A stretch of DNA of 32,000 nucleotides. It comes from Candidatus Hadarchaeota archaeon. GTDB taxonomy: Archaea > Hadarchaeota > Hadarchaeia > Hadarchaeales > Hadarchaeaceae. Below the pieces are notes generated by a model. That model saw only the letters and a program-made list of their open reading frames with translations. It ran no database searches and was not told the origin of the DNA. The stretch is taken from positions 90,001 to 122,000 of the forward strand of contig CAZETV010000002.1 in NCBI GenBank assembly GCA_964514965.1. The letters are read 5' to 3'. The first letter of the stretch is position 1. Each line of letters starts with the position of its first letter. The position numbers and the translations under genes were made by a program. Shown here one piece after another: positions 10,833-21,320 of the stretch.

Positions 10833-11515
10833 ATGCTCCGTTTGACTAGGGATAACTTGGGTAAAAAGACCACTACCGAGATTTTGCTTTTGCTGGCCAA
10901 GGAAGGAGCGCATCTAGAAGACCTGAAACTTTCATTGAGCTGGCTTGCGGACAAACTAGATATTTCAAGACAGACTGCAGCGCGGCGGCTACTTGAGCTT
11001 GAGAACCAGGGCCTAATCAAACGAGCGCTAGGGGCCCGCGGTCAGAACGTGCGTATAACACCGACAGGCTTGGCAAACTTGCGCTTAATGCATCGAGAAC
11101 TCGAGGCGATTTTTGGATTGAAACCGCGTTCGTTTAAGTTAACTGGCCGGATAATCTCGGGTGTGGGCGAAGGCAGCTATTACATGAGTCAGCGAGGCTA
11201 CCGCGAGCAATTCGAACGCGAACTAGGTTATACTCCCTATCCGGGGACGCTCGACATTACTCTTGACGAAGCATCGCTTGATCTCAAGGCGGTGCTCATG
11301 CAACTTCCCGGCAAACATGCCGAGAGCTTTAAAACAAATGAACGAACTTTTGGTCAAGTGAAATTTTTCCCAGCTAAATTGAGAAATAAGAAAGCTGCCC
11401 TGATTTTGCCATTTAGGAGCCATTATACTGACATCATTGAACTCATCGCGCCGAAGAAACTGCGTGAGAGCCTGAAGCTTAGGGATGGCGATGTCGTTCA
11501 AGTGGAGGTGATAGT

Positions 11516-11519
<4 letters not shown>
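10833..11519 (+). CDS. ribK: CTP-dependent riboflavin kinase with N-terminal winged HTH
   Basis: HTH (LADKLDISRQTAARRLLELENQGLIKR) then GRIISGVGEGSYYMSQRGYREQFERELGYTPYPGTLDI ... LRESLKLRDGDVVQVEVIV. Confidence 0.93.
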
Positions 11520-13074
<1,555 letters not shown>

Positions 13075-13078
<4 letters not shown>

Positions 13079-13737
13079 GTTTGGATCTAGGCAAGGTTGG
13101 TATCTTGGCCCTTGGATCTCACGAAGAGCGCCATGGTGCGGCCTTGCCTCTCGACACCGACGCCAAGCTAGCTTCACATGTCGCGCTTGAAGCAGCCAAA
13201 CGCACTGGCGCGGAGTTCTTAGGGACACTCTACTCTTCTTATGAGTTACCCTACATCGATACAGGGCGCCACCAGACGCTCGAAGAGGTGATGGAAGAGC
13301 TTAGGGCAAAGCTACAAACGGCAAAACAAATACTGGGTATACAATGCGTTGTGCTGGTCAACGCACACGGGGGAAACAATCCTCTGCGTGACCATATTCA
13401 AGAGCTCGAACAAGAGACCAGCTTGCGGATTATTTTTAATAATAAAATTATTGAGCTTGAAGGTCCCCACGCCGCGACAGGTGAACTGAGCATGGGGGCT
13501 GTAATCGGCATAACAGATGTTTCAAAAATCGTGGAGCACTCTGATTTCGAGCGTTATCCCGAGGTCGGGTTCGTCGGGTTGAAAGAGGCAAGAATAAATT
13601 ATCAATGGGCGGAACGACAGGCCCGAGAGGTTGAAAGGATGGGTGTTCATGCCGACAAATTCTTAGGTGAAAAGCTCTTGGAATGCGCGATTATCAATGT
13701 GGTGAACGATATTCGCAAGCTAGAAACTTTCCACTAA
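13075..13737 (+). CDS. arfB: 2-amino-5-formylamino-6-ribosylaminopyrimidin-4(3H)-one 5'-monophosphate deformylase (creatininase-like)
   Basis: GILALGSHEERHGAALPLDTDAKLASHVALEAAKRTGAEFLGTLYSSYE, VLVNAHGGNNPL, HAATGELSMGAVIG; clustered with rib genes. Confidence 0.88.
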
Positions 13738-13831
13738 ATAAGCGAGTCAAACAGATTGAATTATCTATCGTTTGGTGAAAGCTTTACACAGCATTTTAAT
13801 TTACATGGCAAGTATTTGGGTTAGGGTTTAA

Positions 13832-14596
13832 GTGGAGTTCATCGTCACTCAATTGGCTTACCTTTTGCTCGGAATTGCAACTGGGATATTATCCGGCACA
13901 TTTGGTATCGGGGGCGGAACTTTAACCACCCCTGCAATGCGGGATTTGTTAAGGACGCCCGGACATGTAGCTCTCGGGACCCCTCTACCGATAATCATCC
14001 CTACTGCATTCTCAGGCGCGCTGGTATTCCACAGGAAGAGAATGTTGAAGTATAGAATCGGAGCAGTTTGTGCGCTCGCGGGTTCGGTCACGGCTTTACT
14101 CGGCGCGACTGCGACCGTTTACTTTACTGGCAGAGAAATGATGTTGATAACGAGCGCATTCATAGCCTTGCTAGCGGCTAGGTTCGCATTTGCAGGCAAA
14201 GAACCAAAGCCTAAGGCAAAAACAGCCCCAACAAAATTGCTGCTTCGGGCAACGTTTATCGGCCTCGCTGCTGGAGCTCTTTCTGGTTTCCTCGGTGTGG
14301 GTGGAGGCGTTATCTTAGTGCCAGCTATGGTGTTATTGTTAAACTTCCGCGTGCACGAAGCGGTGGGAACCTCGCTCATGGTCATGGTGATATATGCAAT
14401 TCCCGGCTCGGTAGCTCATTACTTGCTGGGCCATATCGATGTCGCCCTGCTGCTCCCCATTGCAATAGGATCAGTCTTTGGGGCACAATTCGGAGCAAGA
14501 CTCGCCGTTAGGACAAGAGAGAATCGTTTGAGGCTTGCGTTTTCATTTTTCCTGTTTGTGGTCGCCGTTAGCATGGCGGTATTCGAGCTTTTGTGA
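13832..14596 (+). CDS. TauE/SafE family sulfite-exporter-like permease
   Basis: Duplicated G(F/I)GGG motifs: GILSGTFGIGGGTLTTPAM and GALSGFLGVGGGVILVPAMVLLLNFRVHEAVGTSL; multiple TM segments. Confidence 0.9.
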   Translation: MEFIVTQLAYLLLGIATGILSGTFGIGGGTLTTPAMRDLLRTPGHVALGTPLPIIIPTAFSGALVFHRKRMLKYRIGAVCALAGSVTALLGATATVYFTGREMMLITSAFIALLAARFAFAGKEPKPKAKTAPTKLLLRATFIGLAAGALSGFLGVGGGVILVPAMVLLLNFRVHEAVGTSLMVMVIYAIPGSVAHYLLGHIDVALLLPIAIGSVFGAQFGARLAVRTRENRLRLAFSFFLFVVAVSMAVFELL

Positions 14597-14914
14597 CTGG
14601 TCGCATCGCCGATTCAAGTTCGACAATAATACTTAGTCCCGATTCAAACTACAGATTTAGATTCATAGCCCAAAAACGGATTCCGCCCGTCAAGCATCCA
14701 TATGATAAAATATCACCATATTTATTCAAAATTTAGCCAATCTGCCATTTTTCAGCTGATGCGTGATCAGAGAAAAAACAGAAACGAAATTTGCACCTAA
14801 AAATCTTGTTCTCGGGTGCTGTGTCGCATCAATCTTAATTAATCGACGATTGTCATTGTATATATTGGAGACTGAGCCAACAAGAGAGTAACAAAATCAC
14901 CGAGGTAATCTAAC

Positions 14915-16369
14915 ATGCGAAAGAAACAAAAGCGAGATTGGAAGGCCCATAACGACCAGATCGTAAAGCGAGGCGAGCTGTTGCTCGATTCCGACTTTGT
15001 CGAGAACTGGGAGAAAGAGCTTGAAAAGATGAACCAAGGCAAGATTCCTCCGAAAGTCGGATTGATTACGGTTTCTTTGCAGCGCGAGGAAACGGAGTTA
15101 GCATCTAAATGGGATCGGCTAGCCTACGAGAAACTCAAAGAGGCAGGATTGGATGTGATGCACCGCGAAGAATTGTCATTGACTGTTCAAAGTACTTTAG
15201 AAACTGCCAAGGAATTTAGAGATGGAGGCGTATGTTGTTTAATATTCTTAGTAGGGACTTGGGTTTACGCCCCCCAAATAGTCACGACAGTTAGAGAGAT
15301 ACACTCACCTTTTATTCTTTGGGCATTACCCGATCCGAAAACTTTCTCTCTAACCGGAGCAGGGGTAGTGCACGGCTCACTTGATGAGATGGGTATCAAA
15401 CATAAGCTAATATATGGGTCTCCTGAGAATCCTGAAGTCATCAATAAAATTGCTGAGTACTCAAAAGCCGCAATGGTCGTCAGGCATCTTTCCAAATCGC
15501 GCTTTGGTATGTTCGGCGGCAGAACGGGAGGCATGTATACAGCGATGGCGGATATGGCCCAAGTTAAAAATTTATTCGGCGTTGAATACGACCAAGTAGA
15601 CCAGCACCGCCTGATTATCGAAGCTCAAAATGTGCCGGATGAAAAAGCCCAAGAAATGTTGGATCGTGTCAAAAGCGAGTTTGGTCGGATAGAACCCCCT
15701 AACGATGTCATGATAAAGTCAGCCAAGTTATATCTCGCTTTGAAGAAAATAATCTCGGAAGACGACTACAACTTTGTCGGCATTAAATGTATGCCCGAGG
15801 TTGCAGATAATTACGTGTCATGTTGTCTCGCAGTTTCTCTCATCAACGACGATGGTATAGTTACCTCTTGTGAGTGCGATGTCAATGCTGCCTTGACGAT
15901 GCAGATACTCAAACTATTGACTGGGGGCCCTGTACTTTTTGCGGATGTGAACCATGTCGATATGAAGGAGAAAGTCTTGAGGCTCGTGAATTGCGGCTCC
16001 ATGCCAACTGGGCTCGCAAAGTCGAGAAATGATGTCGACTTAGGGATGCAGTATGAGTACCTGAGCAAAACAGGTGGAGCAACTACCACATTTTGCTGCA
16101 AGCCTGGCAGGGTGACGCTCGCACGGCTCGCTAGGATAAAGGGCCAGTATGTCATGCAGATAGCTACTGGCGAGGCCGTCGAACGCCCAAAGGAGGAATT
16201 TAAGGAAGCTAGAATCAAATGGCCACATGCGTTCATCAGGCTCGATGGGAACCCTGAAGAGTTTCTCCAAAATTGCCGGAGCAACCACCACCATATGGGA
16301 TATGGGGACATCAAGGGGGAATTATTAGCAGTCTGTAATATCCTCAACATCAGGCCGATTGTGACATAA
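14915..16369 (+). CDS. L-fucose/L-arabinose isomerase-like protein with an N-terminal ~43 aa segment resembling a transposase N-terminus
   Basis: KVGLITVSLQREETELASKW..., FLVGTWVYAPQIVTTVREIHSPFILWALPDP, FGGRTGGMYTAMADMAQVKNLFGVEYDQVD, VGIKCMPEVADNYVSCCLAVSLINDDGIVTSCECDVNAALTMQILKLLTGGPVLFADVNHVD; N-term MRKKQKRDWKAHNDQIVKRGELLLDSDFVENWEKELEKMNQGK. Confidence 0.85.
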   Translation: MRKKQKRDWKAHNDQIVKRGELLLDSDFVENWEKELEKMNQGKIPPKVGLITVSLQREETELASKWDRLAYEKLKEAGLDVMHREELSLTVQSTLETAKEFRDGGVCCLIFLVGTWVYAPQIVTTVREIHSPFILWALPDPKTFSLTGAGVVHGSLDEMGIKHKLIYGSPENPEVINKIAEYSKAAMVVRHLSKSRFGMFGGRTGGMYTAMADMAQVKNLFGVEYDQVDQHRLIIEAQNVPDEKAQEMLDRVKSEFGRIEPPNDVMIKSAKLYLALKKIISEDDYNFVGIKCMPEVADNYVSCCLAVSLINDDGIVTSCECDVNAALTMQILKLLTGGPVLFADVNHVDMKEKVLRLVNCGSMPTGLAKSRNDVDLGMQYEYLSKTGGATTTFCCKPGRVTLARLARIKGQYVMQIATGEAVERPKEEFKEARIKWPHAFIRLDGNPEEFLQNCRSNHHHMGYGDIKGELLAVCNILNIRPIVT

Positions 16370-16472
16370 TCAATTTGCGATATCTTTTTTTATTGACATT
16401 AAAACTTTGCTTGGTCTTTCAGCGCCCAGAGCTTCAGCAGGAGGCACATGTCTGTTGTATCAAGCGGTTTCG

Positions 16473-16712
16473 TTATTCCAAGTGCTTAAGCTCTTTCCCA
16501 ACCTCGAGGAGCGCCCACGCCCAAATCAGACACTCGAAGCTCTTTATCAAATCTCCGCACTCGAGGAAGTGTTTCGAGTCCTCGCGGTACGCCTTGATGT
16601 TAGAGAGCATTTCCGTTCCCCGCTCATCAACGGCATTTGCAGTGGAGAGAGCTTTGTCGAGTTTGGTAGTCCACTTTTTTATCTCTCGAGTCAATTCACT
16701 TTCTAAAGTCAT
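16473..16712 (-). CDS. DUF357 family protein
   Basis: SNIKAYREDSKHFLECGDLIKSFECLIWAWALLEVGKELKHL; small helical protein overlapping the diphthine synthase start/stop, a common archaeal neighbourhood. Confidence 0.75.
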   Translation of the reverse strand: MTLESELTREIKKWTTKLDKALSTANAVDERGTEMLSNIKAYREDSKHFLECGDLIKSFECLIWAWALLEVGKELKHLE

Positions 16713-17497
16713 CTAATCACATCCTCAGAAGCTCCAGCGAACACACGGAGTGCTTCTGCCTCCACGAAGTGAAGCTTTCCCGGTACGATGAGCACATGCG
16801 GTGCAGGGCCGAAGTCTAATTTACGTAGCCTTTCTACCTTATCAGCTTTGAGAATAGCATCATCCGAACCAGCTCGTGCCACGACTAAAGCAAGTGTATC
16901 TTGAGTGAAAGCATTTTTTTTCAATTTTTTCTCCAGCTCGAGCATTATTTCAATTGCCTCATTGGCAGTCATCGCCCGCCTTTCTTCGGCTCGGATGTCG
17001 AGCAGAAGTAACGTGTGAAGTCCTCGACCGCGATTTTCGACCAGTACTTCGTAGGGCTTCCGAGACGGGTTGTCGGGAAATGGAACCGTAGCCGTGCGTC
17101 CGAACTTGTAGCTTTGCAACCCCGCCAGCCCAGCCGCAACTGAAGCAATCGATGCGGCATGAACAATTTTTGTTTCAATATCAGCTTTGGCGGCTCGCAG
17201 GCGTAGATCGATGTGCGTGGTCGCCACCATCGGATCGCCAGGGACTATGAATGCCACCTTACTTGTTTTAGCAATTTCGAGAATTTCTCCGGGCTTTTGT
17301 TCAACGGTTTTTCGATCAACAACGTGAATTGGACTGTCAATTTTTAGTTCCAATTCTTTTAAGTTGAGTCCGGGTATGATGCTTGTGTAGAACTCGGCAT
17401 ACACGACATCGGCTTCTTTTGCTACCTGCAGTCCCTGAAGCGATATCCCCTCACCATGCAAGCCAAGCCCGATGAATACAAGCATAGTATCATACAT
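16709..17497 (-). CDS. dphB: Diphthine synthase
   Basis: MLVFIGLGLHGEGISLQGLQVAKEADVVYAEFYTSIIPG, VAFIVPGDPMVATTHIDLRLRA, FGRTATVPFP, LDIRAEE. Confidence 0.95.
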   Translation of the reverse strand: MYDTMLVFIGLGLHGEGISLQGLQVAKEADVVYAEFYTSIIPGLNLKELELKIDSPIHVVDRKTVEQKPGEILEIAKTSKVAFIVPGDPMVATTHIDLRLRAAKADIETKIVHAASIASVAAGLAGLQSYKFGRTATVPFPDNPSRKPYEVLVENRGRGLHTLLLLDIRAEERRAMTANEAIEIMLELEKKLKKNAFTQDTLALVVARAGSDDAILKADKVERLRKLDFGPAPHVLIVPGKLHFVEAEALRVFAGASEDVIR

Positions 17498-17636
17498 TAT
17501 TTGAAATAGTTAAGAAAAGCTCTACCGCTTCTACACCAAGGTATAAATTTCTAGATTATTTTGAACTCGGAGGGACATAACTATTTCGTGAAATTGCATC
17601 GTAAACGCTTAATTTGGCTGGACGGTATATTCGTTC

Positions 17637-17735
17637 GGGCCCGTGGCTCAGTCTGGTAGGTGCCTCTGAAGGGCAGCCAAAAGCAATCGGCTCTTAACCG
17701 ATCGGTCGAGGGTTCGAATCCCTCCGGGCCCGCCA
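17637..17735 (+). tRNA. tRNA-Lys(CTT) with 22-nt intron in the D-arm; CCA encoded
   Basis: Removing 17660-17681 leaves GGGCCCG TG GCTC AGTCTGGTA GAGC A ATCGG CTCTTAA CCGAT CGGTC GAGGG TTCGAAT CCCTC CGGGCCC G: 7/4/5/5 bp stems all paired, 74 nt, followed by CCA. Confidence 0.93.
17660..17681 (+). other. tRNA intron between canonical positions 22 and 23 (non-canonical location) with bulge-helix-bulge
   Basis: Central helix TGGT(17654-17657)/GCCA(17676-17679), 3-nt bulges AG^G (17658-17660) and AA^A (17680-17682), intron helix TGCC(17661-17664)/GGCA(17672-17675) with 7-nt loop. Confidence 0.87.
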
Positions 17736-17776
17736 TCAAAAATCCCCAATCTGAGCAAGATTCTTGCTTATTTTTC

Positions 17777-17965
17777 GCAAAAATCCTGCCCGAATCCTGC
17801 TCAACTTTTGCCTGAAAATTGCACGAAAGATTTAAACGCCGCACCACAAAAATTATACAAAAATCCTGCTCGAATCCTGCCCGGTTCTTGCGAAAAATCG
17901 TTTGATAGATTTGAATGATAGCAGTCGTCTAGCCGGGGCACCAAAAACATGCGAATATCCTGCCC
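17777..17965 (+). repeat. Composite repeat copy 1 (189-bp block shared with copy 2; related sequence continues to ~18018)
   Basis: gcaaaaatcctgcccgaatcctgctcaactttt...gtctagccggggcaccaaaaacatgcgaatatcctgccc, reads identical to 29078-29266. Confidence 0.95.
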
Positions 17966-18033
17966 GAATCCTGCTCTATTTTTGCGAAAGATCGTTTGAT
18001 AGATTTGAATGATCTAGCCGAGAGAAATTTAAC

Positions 18034-18076
18034 TTTATATAACAATCGAAAGTTTTTTTAAAGGTTGTTATATAAA
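18034..18076 (+). promoter_or_regulatory. 12-bp perfect inverted repeat at AbiE operon promoter (putative operator)
   Basis: TTTATATAACAA (18034-18045) and TTGTTATATAAA (18065-18076), 19-nt spacer, 8 nt before ATG 18085; AT-rich TATA-like sequence inside. Confidence 0.7.
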
Positions 18077-18084
18077 TAACTATC

Positions 18085-18714
18085 ATGAAAACTTTGACGA
18101 GATACCTGCTATCGAGCTTCGGCGGGGGCGTGGTGACGAGGGATGAGGTCAAGGCGGCGTGCAGGAAGTTCAGGGCAAGCTACGCGAGCACTGTAAACTT
18201 CATGATATCCTATGGATACCTGATCAGGATCCTCCGGGGGCTGTACTACGTCAAGACCCTCGAGGAGTTCAAGCTGGGGAAAGCTGTGGACGTTCACAGG
18301 GCGATCTCCCTCGGCCTGAACAGGCTGGGGGTCGGCTGGTACTTCGGCCTCTACACCGCGCTCAGGCTGAACGGCCTCGTCCACGAGTTCCCCGGCGTCA
18401 CCTTCATCGTGAACGACAGCATATTCAGGCCGAAGGAGATAGAGATAGCTGGGGGGAAGACGAGGTTCTTGAAGCTAAAACGCGGGCTCTTCGGCTTCGG
18501 GGTTGTTGACAAAGGCGGCGTTAAATTCTCCGACCCCGAGAAAACGGTCTTGGATCTCGTCTATTTTTCTAGGTACCGCGGCCTGCCGGGGGAGAGGATA
18601 ATCTCGATGATAGGCGAGTACGGCGAGCGTTTGGAAAAGGAGAAGCTCGAGGCCTACTTGAAATTTTATCCGAAAACCGTCGAAGGGGTTATTAGAGATG
18701 CCGGACTTGTCTGA
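18085..18714 (+). CDS. AbiEi-type antitoxin / transcriptional regulator (type IV TA)
   Basis: N-terminal HTH with YLIRILRGLYYVK, C-terminal KFSDPEKTVLDLVYFSRYRG; overlaps AbiEii-like gene. Confidence 0.85.
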   Translation: MKTLTRYLLSSFGGGVVTRDEVKAACRKFRASYASTVNFMISYGYLIRILRGLYYVKTLEEFKLGKAVDVHRAISLGLNRLGVGWYFGLYTALRLNGLVHEFPGVTFIVNDSIFRPKEIEIAGGKTRFLKLKRGLFGFGVVDKGGVKFSDPEKTVLDLVYFSRYRGLPGERIISMIGEYGERLEKEKLEAYLKFYPKTVEGVIRDAGLV

Positions 18715-19624
18715 GTTCGTCTCATTCGTCGCCCGTAAATCCAAAGTGAAGAACACCAGCTTGATAGAGAAGGATGTGATGCTGCACAGGATACTCAAGG
18801 AGTTCTGCTCATCTCCACTTTCGGCGAACTATCTTTTCAAAGGGGGTAGCTGCTTGGTCAAATGCTACTTTGGCTACTACAGGTTCAGCGTAGATCTTGA
18901 TTTCACGTGGCGTGATCAGGAGGCGTGGAAGGGGCTGGGGGAAAAAGGGCTGAGGAGAAAGCTGTCGGCGGAGATAAAGCGCCTCGCCTCATTTCTGGCG
19001 AAAGTTTCGGGAGAATTGAATCTCGAGTTCAAGGTTGAGCCGGGGGAGAGGAAGTTTATGGAATTCGGCGGGGGAGGGAGGATGGCAACTTTCAAGCTTT
19101 GGAAGGGATCAGAGCTGATAAAAATTCAGGTGAATTTTGTGGAGAAACTGCTGTTTCCCCCGAAGGTCGCCAGGGCAAGGATTTTGCTGGACGGGGTTAA
19201 ATTATCGAGGGATGAGCGGGTGTACTTCGGAGAATTCTTGGATTTCTACAGACCCTTCAAGCTGATGGCCTACGACGAGAGGGAGATCTTGTGCGAGAAA
19301 GTCAGGGCTATTCTAACGAGGAGGGCCCAAAAGCTGAGGGACTTTTACGATCTGTTCGTGCTCTCCACGCACGGTTTTAAGCTGGAGGATTTGAGGGGGG
19401 AGATAGCCGAAAAGGTGAGGGCCTCGCTCTATTACAGGAAGTACCGGGAGAATCTCGATCGGAACAGAAAAGAGTTGGAGGTAGATGTGGGAACTCTGGA
19501 GGATCCATTTGAGAGGAGCTTGCTGATGGTGAAACCACGGAAGGATTTTGAAGATTTTCTCAAGCTGGCGCGAGAGGGGCTGAGGGAAATAGCGGATGGC
19601 GTTATCTCTGGAGGAACTTTATGA
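18698..19624 (+). CDS. AbiEii-type nucleotidyltransferase toxin
   Basis: LIEKDVMLHRILKEF...YLFKGGSCLVKCYFGYYRFSVDLDFTWRD, AYDEREILCEKVRAILTRRAQKLRDFYDLFVL. Confidence 0.88.
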   Translation: MPDLSEFVSFVARKSKVKNTSLIEKDVMLHRILKEFCSSPLSANYLFKGGSCLVKCYFGYYRFSVDLDFTWRDQEAWKGLGEKGLRRKLSAEIKRLASFLAKVSGELNLEFKVEPGERKFMEFGGGGRMATFKLWKGSELIKIQVNFVEKLLFPPKVARARILLDGVKLSRDERVYFGEFLDFYRPFKLMAYDEREILCEKVRAILTRRAQKLRDFYDLFVLSTHGFKLEDLRGEIAEKVRASLYYRKYRENLDRNRKELEVDVGTLEDPFERSLLMVKPRKDFEDFLKLAREGLREIADGVISGGTL

Positions 19625-20097
19625 CACATGATTACGGCGTGAAAGGGTTCGCCATTTTTTCCGGCTAACTCTGAAGGGGAGGTCAGGGAGATGCTGGACG
19701 CGATCTGGGGGATTGAAAAAGCAGCACTGATTGCCGTGAAAGTATGTTTTATCCCCCTTATTTGGAACGTTGCCAGCCCTACCAAAAACCATCCAACCCC
19801 CCACAAAAAATCAGACATTATTTCAACTACCTGTTTTTCCATCCTCTACTCTCACCTCAAGAAAAATATAAGCTCCCGCTAATAGTCAAGGGGGCATAAA
19901 TGGGTAAAGAAAGCCATGATAAACTCAAAGATTCCAAACATCTGCCACCTGCGTTCAAAATACTTGTTGACTTTGCCGAGGAACGCGGACTATTCAAAGA
20001 AACATCAGAAAATAATAGGAATAGAATCACCTCTTGCGTGGCTGCAGACCGCCACGAGAAAACCGATCGCGTAGATTGTGGCTTGAAGAGTATCACC

Positions 20098-20736
20098 TCA
20101 CCCAGCGAGAAGTTCGTTAATCGCTTGTTCGGCTTCGACGATGTCGTGAAAATTAGTTCTGCGCAAGATGTTCGAGACGGCCTGCTTCGATGTGCGAAAA
20201 TGTTTTGCCATGTCAACATGTTTCGCGTTAGGGTGGGTTTCGAGGTAATCTATAACCTGAGTCTGTCTGCTCGTCCATTTTTTCATCAGGCACAAGACGA
20301 GTCGAACCAGTGCGTTCAGCGTTCGGTCCTTTCGTTCATCTCTCGAGTTAATCACCGCCTCTGTCCTTTCCCGCCTCGCCTTCTCCAGAGCATCGCGGGA
20401 TCGGTAAAAGGCTAGGCCGTCCATTTCGAGAACGTTTTCGCTTAGGGACGTGCTTATCTCTCCGAAACCAACGCCACAGCGGAATCCGACACCCATCGCG
20501 CTTAGGTGGCGCCTAATTTCTTTGAACATTCGGTACGCCTTACTGGGGGATATTAGGGCACCTTGGAACTCGTCTCCCCGGGTGATTGCGAAGTCCGCCT
20601 GCAAATCTTTTCCAAACTCGCGGTTGAGGCGGCGGACCAACGACCGAACCCTGCGCTGGACGAGGGGCCGATTCTTCAATTTTCTGGATTCCTTCAGGTC
20701 TACAGTGATAACACAAAAGTTTTTCCCGTCATAAAT
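20098..20736 (-). CDS. SatD family-like protein
   Basis: ITVDLKESRKLKNRPLVQRRVRSLVRRLNREFGKDLQADFAITRGDEFQGAL...GVGFRCGVGFGEISTSLSENVLEMDGLAFYRSRDALEKAR. Track start (TTG 20679) is inside the motif; frame open to ATT 20736 and beyond with no ATG/GTG/TTG. Confidence 0.65.
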   Translation of the reverse strand: MYDGKNFCVITVDLKESRKLKNRPLVQRRVRSLVRRLNREFGKDLQADFAITRGDEFQGALISPSKAYRMFKEIRRHLSAMGVGFRCGVGFGEISTSLSENVLEMDGLAFYRSRDALEKARRERTEAVINSRDERKDRTLNALVRLVLCLMKKWTSRQTQVIDYLETHPNAKHVDMAKHFRTSKQAVSNILRRTNFHDIVEAEQAINELLAG

Positions 20737-20944
20737 ACACTTCCGAGAGTTTACTTTAGTGAGTAAACCTTTTTAGATTTACCTCCCCTACAAAACTCCA
20801 AGCTCGACCACGAAGTGGAGGACCTCATTCACATGGGATGGATCCACCACCTCGGCCCCGGAACTTCCTCGAAAACACGGGGAGAGCAACATAAATCTTT
20901 ATTTTTGATATGTTTTCCATTTTTTAATTAATATATTTACTGAC

Positions 20945-21320
20945 CTTTGGCAAACCTGCATATGTGGAGAAGTACCAGATATCGCATGCAGAGGCGATCA
21001 AAATGATCGAGAGGGTAAACGGCGTTCCAGTGCTCGCTCATCCAGTTTTCGCGCACGCTGACGACATGCTCCCGGAGTTGGCCGAACTCGGCCTTGGCGG
21101 GATCGAGGTCTACCACAGCAAACATGACGCTCAAACGACCAAGTATTACGAACAACTGGCGCAGAAATACGGCTTGTTGATCGTTGGGGGATCTGACTCC
21201 CACGGTTCGGATATACCAGTCGGGAACGTGCGGATACCCTACTCCCTCGTCGAGAAGCTTAAAATGGAAAGGAATGATATACAGGCGAAGCAGAAGAAAC
21301 CGATTTTACCCAATATCTGA
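20945..21320 (+). pseudogene. 3' fragment of a PHP-domain phosphoesterase
   Basis: FGKPAYVEKYQISHAEAIKMIERVNGVPVLAHPVFAHADDMLPELAELGLGGIEVYHSKHDAQTTKYYEQLAQKYGLLIVGGSDSHG; the N-terminal PHP motifs are missing upstream. Confidence 0.72.

Noticed and set aside
14634-14914. Complete insertion sequence upstream of the isomerase-like gene
   Set aside because: No transposase ORF and no terminal inverted repeats I could identify; only the N-terminal protein similarity supports a relic.
15811-16350. 179-aa minus-strand ORF opposite the isomerase-like gene
   Set aside because: Antisense to a well-supported conserved gene; composition shows no independent family signal.
17653-17690. Reading the 17637-17735 tRNA as a pseudogene disrupted by a random insertion
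   Set aside because: The insert has matched bulge-helix-bulge pairing at both junctions and its removal restores a fully paired cloverleaf; a random insertion would not.
17741-17776. Regulatory RNA between the tRNA and repeat copy 1
   Set aside because: AGCAAGATTCTTGCT followed by TATTTTT looks like a short palindrome plus T-run, adequately explained as tRNA transcription termination; it is not shared with the other repeat copies.
17777-18018. CRISPR array from the iterated ATCCTGC-containing sequence
   Set aside because: Units are few, diverged, irregular, and the 'spacers' are themselves repeated; no cas genes nearby.
19900-20415. 171-aa plus-strand ORF
   Set aside because: Largely antisense to the SatD-like gene, which has recognisable family motifs.
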